Source of the DNA: a virus
Lineage: Duplodnaviria > Caudoviricetes
Length of the DNA stretch: 25,186 nt
Reading direction: 5' to 3' (one strand)
Virus record (IMG/VR): IMGVR_UViG_3300048861_000121
Span: 1-25,186 of that record
Positions 7,432-15,095 of this stretch are shown here, piece after piece. Under the pieces are notes generated by a model, which was not told the origin of the DNA, did no database searches, and worked only from the letters and a program-made list of their open reading frames with translations. Every line of letters begins with the position of its first letter. The stretch's first letter is position 1. The translations under genes were made by a program, and so were the position numbers.

Positions 7432-8157
7432 ATGAAACAACATGTTGAACTCGGCCGAAAGATCGCCGCCGCCCGTGAAGAGGCTGACATTAGTCAGTCC
7501 GATCTCGCTCGCACCCTTGGCATATCTCCTCAAGCGGTCCAAAAATGGGAGTCTGGGTCTAGTTTGCCCAGAGTCACAAAATGGAACGAAATCGCGGAAG
7601 CGTTGGGAATTACCCTGACTAAGCTCCTTGCTTCCACGAGATACGAGAAGGACTTTCCTGTAGTAGAGGGGAGAGTCTCAGAGGTATTGAAGGACGAACG
7701 TGATACACGGGCGAGGGCGGGGTCTGGGAAACCAAAGGATTGGTTCGTAGGCAAACTCCCCCTTATTTCATGGTTACAAGCTGGGGAGTGGGCCAAAACA
7801 GTGGAAAACTTCAAATACGAGGATGCAGAAGACTGGATAGCTGTGCCGTTTGAGCACAGCAACCAAGCCTTCTGCATAAAGGTGGACGGCGAAAGCAATT
7901 ACAACCCGTCCGGAGAGAAGTCCTATCGACCAGGCGACTACATCACAGTCGACCCGCAGCGAGAGCCAGTCAACCGCAGCATGGTTGTCGTGCGGCTCGG
8001 CCACGAAGAGCGCGCAACGCTCAAGCAACTCCTCATGGATGGTGATGGAGGAAAGATGTTGCAGTCGCTTAACCCGAACTGGCCGAACCGGCAGATGGTA
8101 ATGCCCGATGGTTCGGAGATAATCGGCGTAGTGATCGGAAAGTGGGTGCCTGAGTGA
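7432..8157 (+). CDS. cI: CI-type phage repressor (HTH plus S24 autopeptidase)
   Basis: HTH ISQSDLARTLGISPQAVQKWE; QAG cleavage site; VDGES catalytic Ser and ATLK Lys; ATG 7432 start inferred. Confidence 0.93.
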   Translation: MKQHVELGRKIAAAREEADISQSDLARTLGISPQAVQKWESGSSLPRVTKWNEIAEALGITLTKLLASTRYEKDFPVVEGRVSEVLKDERDTRARAGSGKPKDWFVGKLPLISWLQAGEWAKTVENFKYEDAEDWIAVPFEHSNQAFCIKVDGESNYNPSGEKSYRPGDYITVDPQREPVNRSMVVVRLGHEERATLKQLLMDGDGGKMLQSLNPNWPNRQMVMPDGSEIIGVVIGKWVPE

Positions 8158-8474
8158 AACCTTCAAGCTGTATTTTGGCGCTTGCCATGGCTTTAAACAT
8201 GGCGCCAGCCCTTGCCGCGCCCAAGGCGATGACTCACCAAGACGTCTGCATCTACGACGGCTCGCTGGTGCAGAAAATCGCATTTGCACGCGACAACGGT
8301 ATCGCGGCCGCCGACATGGGCCCGACTATCGACGAAGATTTGCGCCGTGAACCGGGGTTCAGCCCATATTTCCGCACGAACTCTCGACGCATCATCAGGT
8401 GGGTTTACGCTAGTCCTTACCTCGACGGCAGCAGCGCCATGCGCTCGTACTACGACGACTGCATGGCCCGGTAA
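8154..8474 (+). CDS. Small secreted/periplasmic protein translationally coupled to cI
   Basis: GTGA overlap with the cI stop; Sec signal ending ALA; two Cys in the mature part; terminator follows. Confidence 0.75.
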   Translation: MKPSSCILALAMALNMAPALAAPKAMTHQDVCIYDGSLVQKIAFARDNGIAAADMGPTIDEDLRREPGFSPYFRTNSRRIIRWVYASPYLDGSSAMRSYYDDCMAR

Positions 8475-8493
8475 AAACCACCGTCCATAACGC

Positions 8494-8518
8494 GACTCGC
8501 CTCGGCGGGTCTTTTTTT
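8494..8518 (+). terminator. Intrinsic terminator of the cI operon
   Basis: GACTCGC-ctcg-GCGGGTC followed by T7. Confidence 0.8.
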
Positions 8519-8527
8519 GACTTCATT

Positions 8528-8577
8528 TACAACTTTCGCTTGCAATGCTTGGTTGTAGGTTGTAATCTGCAGTTGTA
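8528..8577 (+). promoter_or_regulatory. pL/oL analogue: three 17-bp operators overlapping a sigma70-like promoter
   Basis: TACAACTTTCGCTTGCA (8528-8544), TGCAATGCTTGGTTGTA (8541-8557), TGTAATCTGCAGTTGTA (8561-8577); TTGCAA(8540)-17-TAATCT(8563). Confidence 0.72.
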
Positions 8578-8607
8578 GGCAGTAGCAACCAAGCAAACAG
8601 GCGAGAC

Positions 8608-8745
8608 ATGACCTTCTACTCAGACTTCCTTCGCAAGACCGGCCCGATCCACACGGTGTTGATCTGCCTGTCGCACGCATACATGGAGTACTGCGACAGC
8701 GGCTACGTGCGCACCGTCGATTACTCGCAAGTGGTGTGGTGCTGA
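8608..8745 (+). CDS. 45-aa micro-ORF MTFYSDFLRKTGPIHTVLICLSHAYMEYCDSGYVRTVDYSQVVWC
   Basis: First ORF after the pL-like promoter; ends 1 nt before the next ATG; hand translation. Confidence 0.5.
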   Translation: MTFYSDFLRKTGPIHTVLICLSHAYMEYCDSGYVRTVDYSQVVWC

Positions 8746-8746
8746 C

Positions 8747-8965
8747 ATGCAAACCACCGAACTCTTGGAGCACTTCGATCCCGCGACCGACTCGTCGGAA
8801 GAGGGCGAGGCCGACTTCATGCCCGCATGCATCGCCGGTTGCGAGCTGGATGTCGAGGCCGATTTCGAGCTCGCGTTCGTCGACCTGGTGCGATCGTGCT
8901 GGAACAACCCGGCCACCGTGATCGCGTTCAAGGAAGCAGTGACGGCAGCGAAGGGCGAGGCCTGA
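8747..8965 (+). CDS. Small acidic phage protein (72 aa)
   Basis: Tight operon packing; D/E-rich. Confidence 0.65.
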   Translation: MQTTELLEHFDPATDSSEEGEADFMPACIAGCELDVEADFELAFVDLVRSCWNNPATVIAFKEAVTAAKGEA

Positions 8966-8966
8966 G

Positions 8967-9143
8967 ATGCAAATCGCCTTCGTGCCGCACCCGGCTCTGC
9001 TCAGCACCTTCCTGACCGATGACTTCGGCAACGACTGCCACATCGTCACGTCGACCTACGACGGCGACAGTGAATACACGCCGATCGTCGTTTCCGAGAA
9101 AACGTTCACTTTCGCGGTGTGTTTTTCAATGGAAGGCCTGTGA
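8967..9143 (+). CDS. 58-aa micro-ORF MQIAFVPHPALLSTFLTDDFGNDCHIV...
   Basis: GAGG SD; TDDFGN motif; TGATG coupling to the next ORF. Confidence 0.6.
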   Translation: MQIAFVPHPALLSTFLTDDFGNDCHIVTSTYDGDSEYTPIVVSEKTFTFAVCFSMEGL

Positions 9144-9250
9144 TGACTGAAGCCGAATTCCACGACGTCGAGCTGTTCAACCGGATCGTTTGCGTAGTGA
9201 CCGGTGTGATCTTCACCGCGCTGGCCACCGTCGCTTTGATTTTGCAGTAA
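9143..9250 (+). CDS. 35-aa single-TM peptide MTEAEFHDVELFNRIVCVVTGVIFTALATVALILQ
   Basis: TGATG coupling; hydrophobic C-terminal helix. Confidence 0.55.
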   Translation: MTEAEFHDVELFNRIVCVVTGVIFTALATVALILQ

Positions 9251-9308
9251 CCAGTTTCGCAGTACCGCGCACGCCGGATGCCGTGCATTTATCGGGGAGA
9301 TTTTCACC

Positions 9309-9719
9309 ATGAAGCAAAACGTAATCGCAGCAGCAGTTATCGCACTGGCAGTCGGTTCGCTGTTCACGGGCCACGCGCAAGCGGCCAGCACGTTCGGCGT
9401 GTCGGGTGGCTTCGGCTCGTCGTCGAGCACGACGGGCGGATCGGAAGCAGAGAGCGGCACGAACGGCACGGGTTATTCGACCCAGTCGTCTTTCTCGCAA
9501 GGCTACGGCGTCGCAGCCGGCGGCACGGGCCTGGGCGTGGGTGGTTTCAGCACGGCAGGCATCGGCGGCAGCGTGTCGGGCAGCTTCGAGCAATCGGGCA
9601 GCACGAGCACGAGCCAGGGTTACCAGAACGGCGGCGGTTATGGCGACAGCAAGTCGGGCGTCGCGACCAACACGACCGGTTACGGCTATTCCAACCTGGC
9701 TGGTTCCTACAGCTACTAA
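9309..9719 (+). CDS. Secreted Gly/Ser/Thr-rich low-complexity protein (amyloid- or fibre-subunit-like)
   Basis: GGGGAG SD; Sec signal ending AQA; mature region lacks P, C, M, R, H and W; two NGxGY units. Confidence 0.85.
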   Translation: MKQNVIAAAVIALAVGSLFTGHAQAASTFGVSGGFGSSSSTTGGSEAESGTNGTGYSTQSSFSQGYGVAAGGTGLGVGGFSTAGIGGSVSGSFEQSGSTSTSQGYQNGGGYGDSKSGVATNTTGYGYSNLAGSYSY

Positions 9720-9726
9720 AGAGAAA

Positions 9727-9755
9727 GCCGTTACGTGTTCGAAGCACGTAACGGC
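9727..9755. promoter_or_regulatory. Intergenic hairpin between the two secreted-protein genes
   Basis: Perfect 11-bp inverted repeat GCCGTTACGTG / CACGTAACGGC; no U-tract on the + strand. Confidence 0.75.
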
Positions 9756-9787
9756 CTTGACCTGCACACATCTTGGGGATGTCAACG

Positions 9788-10312
9788 ATGAATAAAAAAC
9801 TCACCGTCCTGCTGATTCTAGCACTGGGGGCCAGTCATGCGTTTGCGCAAACGACAACGGCGACCGCGTCGCAGCAATCTGCGGCTACGTCGACTGCACA
9901 AGGAACGATTCAGTTTAGTCAGACGCCGGAGCACACGACTGAAACCGTGCGCAACGTCAGCGCGCCGGTGCTTGGCTCTTATGCGTTCGCGGCTTCGCAA
10001 CTCTCATGCTCATCAACGACGCAAGGCGGTTTCGCGGTGGCTGGTTTCAGCGGCGTCTTTGGTTCATCCAAGTCGCAGGCGGATTGCGTTTTGGAAGTTG
10101 CCGCTGCTGAAACAGTTCGTCAGTCGACCGTGACCGATGACAAGGACACGAAGGCGAAGCTGCAGCGCGCGGCGATGAACATCCGCTGCCAGATCAGCGA
10201 GGAGGTGTACCAGGCGATGCAGGACGCCGGCCTCGATTGCTCGCGCAAGCCGAAGGACATGGTGTCGCGCACCGATGACCAGCCGGTCACCACGCGCGTC
10301 GCAAGTAACTGA
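9788..10312 (+). CDS. Secreted protein with an S/T/A/Q-rich N-terminus, a Gly-rich beta-hairpin and four Cys
   Basis: Sec signal MNKKLTVLLILALGASHAFA; SCSSTTQGGFAVAGFSGVFGSSKSQADC followed by a helical segment with two more Cys. Confidence 0.85.
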   Translation: MNKKLTVLLILALGASHAFAQTTTATASQQSAATSTAQGTIQFSQTPEHTTETVRNVSAPVLGSYAFAASQLSCSSTTQGGFAVAGFSGVFGSSKSQADCVLEVAAAETVRQSTVTDDKDTKAKLQRAAMNIRCQISEEVYQAMQDAGLDCSRKPKDMVSRTDDQPVTTRVASN

Positions 10313-10337
10313 CGGGATTAGCAAAGTGGGGGCTGAC

Positions 10338-10520
10338 ATGTTCTCTCGTGATGTTTCGCACTACTCGCGCACGCCGCGGACGTTGAACGATGCGTTCGGC
10401 CCGTACGCGCGTCTTGAACCGTTGCGCAGAAAGAGCCGCATCCCGGCTTGGGTCTGGGTCGCGTCCTATGGTATTGCCGTCGCGCTTTTCTGGTACGGCA
10501 TCGTTTTGGTGAGGGCTTAA
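10338..10520 (+). CDS. Small phage membrane protein (RTPRTLNDAFGPYA motif plus C-terminal TM)
   Basis: GGGGG SD; 60 aa; hydrophobic C-terminus. Confidence 0.75.
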   Translation: MFSRDVSHYSRTPRTLNDAFGPYARLEPLRRKSRIPAWVWVASYGIAVALFWYGIVLVRA

Positions 10521-10604
10521 ATGCAAGTCGCTCTGTGGATCGCCTCGTGGGTCGCGGTCAACGGCCTTGTCTTCGTCCGTCTGCTCGAGATGAACCCGAG
10601 ATGA
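10521..10604 (+). CDS. 27-aa hydrophobic peptide MQVALWIASWVAVNGLVFVRLLEMNPR
   Basis: Starts immediately after the previous stop with a GAGG SD; ATGA overlap downstream. Confidence 0.5.
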   Translation: MQVALWIASWVAVNGLVFVRLLEMNPR

Positions 10605-10765
10605 AAGCGCTTCACCACCGCGTCACCAAATTTTCCGACGCGCACCCGCTGCTCAGTATTGCGTTCGGGCTGCTCGTCATCGTCGTGGTCGGCCTTGTGT
10701 TTCTGCCGGCCGATCCGCCTGACCTTGGCGCACCACGCGCCACACACTCTAAAGGCACTGTATGA
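10601..10765 (+). CDS. 54-aa single-TM protein
   Basis: ATGA overlaps at both ends; TM segment LLSIAFGLLVIVVVGLVFL. Confidence 0.65.
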   Translation: MKALHHRVTKFSDAHPLLSIAFGLLVIVVVGLVFLPADPPDLGAPRATHSKGTV

Positions 10766-11058
10766 ACACCCTAACGGCCGCAGTTCCCGTCATCGCGATG
10801 GACGAAGTCGTGTCCTCGCAGATCCACAGCATCGGCCACGACGCCGAGCTGGAGAAGCTTGCCATTCGCTTCAAGAACAAGGACGGCAAGCCGACGTCGC
10901 TCTATCACTACAGCAACGTGCCGGTTGCCGTGTTCGACGAGCTGCGCACGGCCGAGTCGATCGGATCGCACTTCTACAAGCACATCAAGCCGTATGACGT
11001 GCGCTACCCGTTCGTGTGCATGGAGAAGATGCCGCCGGCGGAAGAGGTACCCGAATGA
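10762..11058 (+). CDS. KTSC domain protein
   Basis: VVSSQIHSIGHD...L.IRF...LYHYSNVP...AESIGSHFYKHIK signature. Confidence 0.9.
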   Translation: MNTLTAAVPVIAMDEVVSSQIHSIGHDAELEKLAIRFKNKDGKPTSLYHYSNVPVAVFDELRTAESIGSHFYKHIKPYDVRYPFVCMEKMPPAEEVPE

Positions 11059-11276
11059 TTCCGGACGATCAGACCTTTTGGCTGGTCTGGTGCCCGACCG
11101 GCAGTGCTCCGCCGTCGTATCGACATGGATCGGAAGAATCCGCGTTAAACGAGGCTGAGCGCCTGGCGCGTGCCGCGCCGAACGCGAAGTTCTATGTGCT
11201 CCGTGCGACCGAGGTCCGTTATATCGACAGCATGAAACGCGTCGTGCTTTTGCATCCTGACCAACCACCGTTTTGA
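11055..11276 (+). CDS. Phage hypothetical protein (73 aa)
   Basis: FWLVW.PTG..PP.YRH.S..SA..EAERLA...FYVL pattern; ATGA overlap. Confidence 0.8.
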   Translation: MIPDDQTFWLVWCPTGSAPPSYRHGSEESALNEAERLARAAPNAKFYVLRATEVRYIDSMKRVVLLHPDQPPF

Positions 11277-11284
11277 GGAACACC

Positions 11285-12238
11285 ATGTCCACAGCAGTCA
11301 CCACGCAGCGCCCGAGTCTCATCTCCAAGTTCGCCGACCGTTATTCGGTCGATGCGACGAAGTTGATGGATACGCTGAAAGCCACCGCCTTCCGCCAGCG
11401 CGGCGACCAGGTCGTGACCAACGAACAGATGATGGCGCTGCTGGTCGTGGCTGACCAATACGGTCTGAATCCGTTCACGAAAGAGATCTACGCCTACAAC
11501 GACAAGGGCGCGATCGTGCCGGTCGTGTCGGTCGACGGGTGGCTGCGCATCATCAATGAGCATCCGCAGTTCGACGGCATGGAGTTCAAATACGCCGAGG
11601 AGTTCGAAGCGCCCGCGCAGGCCAAGGAATGCTACGCGTGGATCGAATGCGTGATCTTCCGCAAGGACCGCACGCGTCCGACCATCATCCGCGAATACCT
11701 CGACGAGACGTATCAGGCACCGCGCGGTGAGAAGGCCTTCGCTGGCCCGTGGCAGAGCCACACGAAACGCATGCTGCGCCACAAGTCGATCATCCAGTGC
11801 GGCCGCGTCGCTTTTGGCTTTGCCGGCATCCACGACGATGACGAGGCGAAGCACATCGCCGAGCGCGACATGGGGCAGGCAGAGGAGGTTGCACCGGTCA
11901 AGCAGCCTCAATCGCGCAGCGCTCGCACGCAGGCACCCGCTATCGAACGCGCTGATCAAGACGGCGTAATCGAGGATCCCGTGCAACGTCAGGCCGAGCC
12001 CGTGCAACAAACCACGCGTCAGCCGCAACCGAAGCCGCGCGCAAAACCCGCGCAAGAGCAGTTCGAAGATCCGCCGGCGACGCCCGTGAGCGACAGCGTG
12101 ATGCGCATCCTGAAGACCAAGATGGAGCAGAACGGCGTGAACGAGTCGGACATCACGAAGAAATTCGGCTTCGATCTCGACGGAGTAACCACTGCGAATT
12201 ACAACGCGGTGGCAGATTTTGTCGAGAGCCCGGTCTGA
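11285..12238 (+). CDS. bet: Phage recombination protein Bet (single-strand annealing)
   Basis: LKATAF, LVVADQYGLNPFTKEIYA, VVSVDGW, GPWQSH.KRMLRHK..IQCGR.AFGFAGI. Confidence 0.93.
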   Translation: MSTAVTTQRPSLISKFADRYSVDATKLMDTLKATAFRQRGDQVVTNEQMMALLVVADQYGLNPFTKEIYAYNDKGAIVPVVSVDGWLRIINEHPQFDGMEFKYAEEFEAPAQAKECYAWIECVIFRKDRTRPTIIREYLDETYQAPRGEKAFAGPWQSHTKRMLRHKSIIQCGRVAFGFAGIHDDDEAKHIAERDMGQAEEVAPVKQPQSRSARTQAPAIERADQDGVIEDPVQRQAEPVQQTTRQPQPKPRAKPAQEQFEDPPATPVSDSVMRILKTKMEQNGVNESDITKKFGFDLDGVTTANYNAVADFVESPV

Positions 12239-12242
12239 CTCC

Positions 12243-12851
12243 ATGGCCGACCTGATCTTCGATCCGACCGAGCACACATACACCGTTGGCACGCAGCACG
12301 TGCCCGGGGTCACAGCCACGCTCGCGCCGCTCGTTGACTTCTCGATGGTGCCCAAGGCCGTGCTCCAACGCGCGCAGCAGCTGGGCACCGCCGTGCACCG
12401 CATGACCGAGCTTTACGACCAGGACGATCTCGACGAAAGCGACCTGTCCGATGAGCTTCTGCCGTTCCTCACCGCGTGGCGCAAGTTTCGCGCGGAGACA
12501 GGATTTGTGCCGGAGCTGATCGAACAGCGTTACCACCACCCCGCGTTGCGCTTCGCCGGCACGCTGGATCGCACGGGAATCATTGGTCGCAACCGTGCCG
12601 TGATCGATATCAAAAAGATGCTGACGCTCGGGCCCGTCGTCGGCGTGCAGTTAGCCGCATACGCAGAGCTCTGCCGGGTGAATGGTCACCCGGTGGTCGA
12701 CCGGTACGGGCTTGGGCTTCGCAAAGACGGGACCTATCGACTGGTTCCATTCACTGACAAAGGCGACTGGCCGACGTTCCTCTCGCTGCTCACTCTACGT
12801 AACTACAAGGACAAACATGGACTCGCCGAATTTGGTGGATTTGCGGATTGA
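12243..12851 (+). CDS. PD-(D/E)XK exonuclease, likely Bet partner
   Basis: FD...HTY, PGVT, GTAVH, E...FAGTLDR...VIDIK, QLAAY motifs. Confidence 0.85.
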   Translation: MADLIFDPTEHTYTVGTQHVPGVTATLAPLVDFSMVPKAVLQRAQQLGTAVHRMTELYDQDDLDESDLSDELLPFLTAWRKFRAETGFVPELIEQRYHHPALRFAGTLDRTGIIGRNRAVIDIKKMLTLGPVVGVQLAAYAELCRVNGHPVVDRYGLGLRKDGTYRLVPFTDKGDWPTFLSLLTLRNYKDKHGLAEFGGFAD

Positions 12852-13623
12852 ACAGCCTGACCAGGCGCTTTTCAAGTCGGCTATCAACGCGTTGAACATG
12901 GCGAAGGCTTACGAGATCGATAGCCCCGTCGTGCGCGATATGGCGGCGAGCGAGCTGGTCAAGATCGTGACGCTTAAGAAGCGCGTCGAGGAACAGCGCA
13001 AGACGATCACGAAGCCGCTGGATGTCGCGAAGTCGGCGGTGATGGATCTGTTCCGGCCGCCGACCACGTATCTCGAACAGGCTGAATCGATCCTTAAGGG
13101 CGCGATATCGACCTTCGATCGTGCCGAGCAGCAGCGCCGAATTGCCGAGCAGGCGCGACTTGAAGAAGCCGCTCGCCAGGAGCGCGCGCGTCTTGCACAG
13201 GAAGCGGCTGCTCGCGATGCGGCCGCACAGGCCGAAGCGATCGCCCTGCGAGAAAAGGCCACGAAGGCGATGGCAGACGGCAAGGTCGAGGAAGCCGCAC
13301 GGCTCGCCGAGGAAGCGAATGGGCGCGCTGAACAAGGGGCTGCTGAAGTGGCGACGCTGCAGATGACATCGCAGCTAGTCACCGCGCCGATGTCGGCCGC
13401 GCCGCGTAAGACTGCGGGCGTCTCCTCGCGCAAGGTGTGGAAGGCAGAGGTGGATGACAAGCTGGCGTTCATCCAGTTCATCGCCGCGCATCCGGAATAC
13501 CTCGAACTGGTCGACGCGAACATGCCGGCCGTGAACAAGATCGCACTCGCGCTGAAGGCTAACTGCCCGCTCAAAGGCGTACGCGTGTTCGAGGCCGACA
13601 TCATCGCGGCGCGGGCTGCGTGA
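12817..13623 (+). CDS. Coiled-coil phage protein of the recombination module (268 aa)
   Basis: AAGGA SD; long A/E/R helices; C-terminal RKVWKAEV.D...LKGVRVFE. Confidence 0.8.
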   Translation: MDSPNLVDLRIEQPDQALFKSAINALNMAKAYEIDSPVVRDMAASELVKIVTLKKRVEEQRKTITKPLDVAKSAVMDLFRPPTTYLEQAESILKGAISTFDRAEQQRRIAEQARLEEAARQERARLAQEAAARDAAAQAEAIALREKATKAMADGKVEEAARLAEEANGRAEQGAAEVATLQMTSQLVTAPMSAAPRKTAGVSSRKVWKAEVDDKLAFIQFIAAHPEYLELVDANMPAVNKIALALKANCPLKGVRVFEADIIAARAA

Positions 13624-13964
13624 TGGACCAGGCCGACAACCGCATCTACCGCGAGAAAGCGGACCGGGCGAGCGGCAGCGGTCCTGCCTTTCCGGTCAAC
13701 GATCAAGGTCTTGCACACCTGGTGGGCGTCGCAGCGATCGACGGAATCACGGACCCGGCTGAGCGCGATCGCCTGTATGTCGAAGCGAGGGCGCGCGCCG
13801 TATCGGGCATGACGCTGCGCGACTACTTCGCTGCTAAAGCGCTTCCTACTCTTTTGGACATCTGTCGTCTGGACCTGAGAGACGAAGGCGTGTCGCTTTT
13901 GGATCACGTCGCCGAGAACGCATACGCGGTTGCTGACGCCATGCTTGCAGCGAGGGATGCATGA
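13620..13964 (+). CDS. Phage protein of the GMTLRDYFAAKA family
   Basis: GPAFP...GMTLRDYFAAKAL...AYAVADAMLAAR motif. Confidence 0.85.
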   Translation: MMDQADNRIYREKADRASGSGPAFPVNDQGLAHLVGVAAIDGITDPAERDRLYVEARARAVSGMTLRDYFAAKALPTLLDICRLDLRDEGVSLLDHVAENAYAVADAMLAARDA

Positions 13965-14155
13965 CCGTCAATTCAGCCCCGTGGGAAGCCTTGCGCCGCA
14001 TCAGCAAGCACGTCGACAAGCTCGAACCGATCGACCGCGAGCTACTGCGCCCGGCGCTCGCCGCCTTGGACGGGGCCCAGATGATGGCGCTGCCGACCCT
14101 GATCATTTCGCGCATCCGTGACATTGACGCGCGCCTTCCACGTCAACCGCAGTAA
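13961..14155 (+). CDS. Phage hypothetical protein (64 aa)
   Basis: ATGA overlap; GAGG SD. Confidence 0.65.
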   Translation: MTVNSAPWEALRRISKHVDKLEPIDRELLRPALAALDGAQMMALPTLIISRIRDIDARLPRQPQ

Positions 14156-14169
14156 CCCCAGGAGCCACC

Positions 14170-14895
14170 ATGGAAATGCTTGAGTACGAAAACATCTCGG
14201 CGAAGCTGACCTCGGTCACGCCGCTGAGCGAGAAACACGGCAACAAGCGCGTGCCGGCGCAGTCGCTGATCATCGAGGTGGTCCTCTCGAACCGTCGTCT
14301 CGACGTGTTCGATACCGGCCTGCGCCATGCGTTCTATCGCGTGCCGGACGGTACCGAGGTCAAACCGTCGCTCGGCATTGATCCGGACGACATGGAAGGC
14401 CTGACTGAAAAGCGCTTCCCGTGGATCAAGCAGGACATCGAGGTCGAGCGCGAGCTGTCCGGCTACATGCTGATCATCGATTTCGGCCTGGGCGACGACA
14501 AGTCGAACATCGAGCTCGACGCGAAGAAGATCTGCGACTTCAAGATCGGGATCCGTGATCACGGCCTGTTCGCGCTGCGCCACCGTTTCGTTGTGCATCC
14601 GACCACGATTGAGAAGGGCCGCATCGAGGAGATGTTGCAGCAGGAAATCAAGGTCACGCTGCGCGCGCCGAAGGCAGACGGCCAGGGCGATCTATTGAAT
14701 GGGAAGAATACGCCGGCTCGCGGTCGTGGTCGCCCGAAGAAGACTGTCGCCGAGAAGGTAGCGGAGGGCAGTGACCCGTTCGCCAACACCGACATTCCGG
14801 CCGCGCAAGCTGCCGCCGCGGCGGAACAGGCATCGCGCGATGGCGTGCAGTGGCCGTTCCCTCGCGGCGGCGCCGTGCATGAGGTGGCCGAGTAA
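14170..14895 (+). CDS. Phage hypothetical protein (241 aa) with AT-hook-like RGRGRP, QGDLL and a WPFP tail
   Basis: AGGAG SD; long ORF in the operon. Confidence 0.85.
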   Translation: MEMLEYENISAKLTSVTPLSEKHGNKRVPAQSLIIEVVLSNRRLDVFDTGLRHAFYRVPDGTEVKPSLGIDPDDMEGLTEKRFPWIKQDIEVERELSGYMLIIDFGLGDDKSNIELDAKKICDFKIGIRDHGLFALRHRFVVHPTTIEKGRIEEMLQQEIKVTLRAPKADGQGDLLNGKNTPARGRGRPKKTVAEKVAEGSDPFANTDIPAAQAAAAAEQASRDGVQWPFPRGGAVHEVAE

Positions 14896-15095
14896 TGAAA
14901 CCCGAGCGCCGCGCGGTGGAGAAAGCTCTCGCCCGTTACGACCTGGCTGCGACCAAGACCGCCGCGCTCGCGCTCGAAGTACTCAATGCGACGGCGCGAA
15001 TGGTGTCCTGCGATTTGGACCAGGACATTTCGTATCTGGCGAACGGTTACCTGATCACGCGAGTGCCGATGGCTGTACGAGGGATTCAATCATGA
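14895..15095 (+). CDS. Phage hypothetical protein (66 aa)
   Basis: TAATG and ATGA coupling. Confidence 0.65.
   Translation: MKPERRAVEKALARYDLAATKTAALALEVLNATARMVSCDLDQDISYLANGYLITRVPMAVRGIQS

Noticed and set aside
11219-13907. 394-aa and 332-aa minus-strand ORFs
   Set aside because: Antisense to well-supported bet, exonuclease and coiled-coil genes
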